Shown here: piece after piece, positions 61,541-64,000 of the stretch
Layout of the letters: every line of letters begins with the position of its first letter
Position numbering within the stretch: position 1 is the first letter of the stretch
NCBI GenBank assembly: GCA_951406725.2
Contig: OX597815.1
Location: 77,748,001 to 77,812,000, forward strand
Length of the DNA: 64,000 nucleotides
Origin: Octopus vulgaris
Taxonomy: Eukaryota
Direction: 5' to 3'
The notes under the pieces: model-generated
Databases searched by the model: none
What the model was told of the DNA's origin: nothing
Seen by the model: the letters and a program-made list of their open reading frames with translations, nothing else
Translations under genes and position numbers: made by a program

Positions 61541-63554
61541 TACTCACAATGCTTTGTTTGGCTTGGAGTGATAGTAACTTGCTTCAAAGTGTCATGCAGC
61601 AGGACTGAACCTGAAACCATGTTTTTTGGAATGTTTGCTTGATTAAAGACCGAACTAGCCTGATAAACAACAACACACACAAACAAACACACTTACACAC
61701 ACACACCTATGCATAAACTCTTTCATGTACATATACACAAAGTAATAACTGTGTATGTAGCAAAATGTATTCTTACTTATTCCAAATGAAGCTTAAGTAA
61801 TTCAAGTAGTAGACATAATCTCTCACTGAGTTTAATACCAGTCCCTGGCCCTTGTGCATATTTAACAAGAAACCTTCTTTTGCAAGCTCTCAGATCAGAT
61901 TTGAGGTTCCTTTCTCTTTTTCCCCAACAAGTTTTAGAGGGCCTGTAAAAGTCATCAGTATTTTGCCTCCTCTTAATAAACTATAAAAAAAAATTTATAT
62001 TGTTGAGTCTAAGACAATTAGTATTTATGACAGCTGGTATTTAAGAGGCAATGAGAATTTAAGACAACTAACACTTAAGATACTAATGTCTAAGAAATGA
62101 CATTTAGAAAATATAGTTTAGTAAAATTGTTTTATGAAAAATAAATAATATGAATAGCTTCTCTTGTATGTTTTATTAGCACAAGGTCAAAAAGTATATT
62201 TATGGGTACTTTCCACTCTTCTTTGCTATTGTCATTCAGTGCAAGGCAGGGTTTACTAACCACTGCTATCATGCTGGAAAACCAGGTCATACCAGATGTT
62301 ATATTTCAGAAACTTCTATACCCTTGCAGAAGACAAAAAAAACCCTCAACTATTAATTATTAGGAGAAGAACACAACATGAAATTGAGTACTTTAAAAAG
62401 CTAATAGGGGGCAGAGATTTTTGGCATGTCATGGTGCAACACATCTTGGTTGCAGTGCCTTGAAAGTATTTTATCCTCTCAGTGTTTTCTGCTCTGTAAA
62501 GTGGTTGGCATTAGGAAGGGCATCCAACTGTAGAAACCATGCTAAATCATACTGGAGTCAGGTGCAGCACCACTCCCCCTGCTTACTAGCTCTGGTCACA
62601 CCGTCCAACCCATGCCAGCATGGACAATGGATGTTAAATGATGATGATAATGTTCTTATTTTTCCATACTGGCCAGTGTTAAATATTGTGTTTTCATGAG
62701 TGAGTGTTCTAATATTATTTTGGCTGATGAGGTCATTAATGAGATTTAACCATATCTTGAGTTATTCCCCATACTTGTACTCACTGAAATGACATCAGTT
62801 ATTGACTAGTATTGTGTTTTCCCTCACCACACAATCATTTCTTCTTAACTTTCTAATAAATACTTCCTGCATGAAATATGTTAATGCTAACTTAACTTTT
62901 ACAAATCAGAGTTGACTAGATTCAGAAGGCAGTGGGTTATTTTAACAAATGAAATGAAATTAAAGAGCATTTTGAAAGTAAGAAGGTTGTGAAATTTAGG
63001 AAATTTTCTTCTTTTGTACTTGATTCATTTTTCCATGCCTTTAGGGATTGGCTGAGATAGAATAATTGTAAAGTTGCAATCCCTGAGCTAGAGACTGAGG
63101 AGGCTTTATTGCCAAAAAAACAGCTGACAAAATTCATGGCAAGATTTTTCTCCTAAAGGAAAAATGGTTTCTTTTATTCCTCTGACCTGTCAGATCCTGT
63201 CAAACCATCCATGGATTACAGATGCTAAATCATGATTATGATGATTATATATCAGTGCTTTCAGATGTTGTGATATACCACTGGTCACAAGATGCTATTT
63301 CATATTGTTGTAATTTTTGAATGATGCCACCTCATTGGCTAGGCATACAGGCAGGCCAACATTCCCTCTTAACAGGATAGCATTTTATAGTTGAGTGAAC
63401 TGAGTGACTGAAGTAACATGAAATGAAGTGTTCTGCTCAAGAACGCAATGTATCACCGGTCTGGGTTAGTGAGTGCAATGCTCTAACCAATAAAACCACA
63501 TGCCTTCACCCCCACTCCCCCTGCACACACACACACACACTATATATATATATA

Positions 63555-63872
63555 AAACTGGTACTCTGTCAGTTACGATGATGTGGGTTCTAACTGATCT
63601 GGTCAACACAACAGCCTGCTTGTGAAATTAATGAGCAAGTGGCTGAGCACTCCACAAACATGTGTATCCCTAACATAGTTCTCGAGGAGATTCAGCATGA
63701 CTCAGAGTGTGACAAGGCTGGCCCTTTGAAATACAGATACGGCTCATTTTCGCTAGTTGAGTGGGCTGGAGCAACATGACATGAAGTGTCTTGCTCAAGG
63801 ACACAATGCATCACCGAGAATTGAACTCATGACCTTATGACTGTAAGTCAAGTACCTTAACCACTACTAAGC

Positions 63873-63875
<3 letters not shown>
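63555..63875 (-). mobile_element. tRNA-derived SINE, near full length
   Basis: Related to 10640-10955; minus strand tagtggttaagg...tgagttcaattc A/B boxes. Confidence 0.75.
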
Positions 63876-63925
<50 letters not shown>

Positions 63926-64000
63926 AGAGTTATGGTAAGTAATACAGCCTTTCTGTTGTGTTTCAGAGTGCAAAGATTTTGAGACAAATAAATTGAATGC

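Noticed and set aside
63780-63875. tRNA gene
   Set aside because: A/B-box-like head is fused to a SINE body and no cloverleaf is evident.

Overview
AT-rich, microsatellite- and SINE-dense eukaryotic DNA. The repeat families resemble those I recall from Octopus/cephalopod genomes (inference, not searched). No host protein-coding exon could be supported. The main feature is a 14-kb head-to-tail, minus-strand array of four full-length non-LTR retrotransposons at 25883-39873. Two are autonomous Tx1/L1-clade elements (A, B: ORF1 with CCHC knuckle plus APE-RT ORF2). Two are 1.8-kb ORF1-only 'half' elements (C, D) that carry a divergent ORF1 and share only the last ~45 nt (plus a few 5' bases) with A/B. 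All five junctions carry a 12-bp motif ACCTG-NNN-GAAA (element strand), which suggests sequence-specific, target-regenerating insertion. The array splits a decayed ORF1 of a third Tx1-like family, and that relic lies inside a non-autonomous Helitron (25400-~40450). A 3'-terminal stem-loop with an invariant CTTGT loop and covarying stem is shared by A-D and two unlinked relics. The rest of the window holds decayed hAT, Chapaev-like, mariner and R4/Dong-like elements, MITEs, fold-back repeats, SINEs and simple repeats. Most short ORFs in the track are spurious. Identity figures are by-eye estimates.
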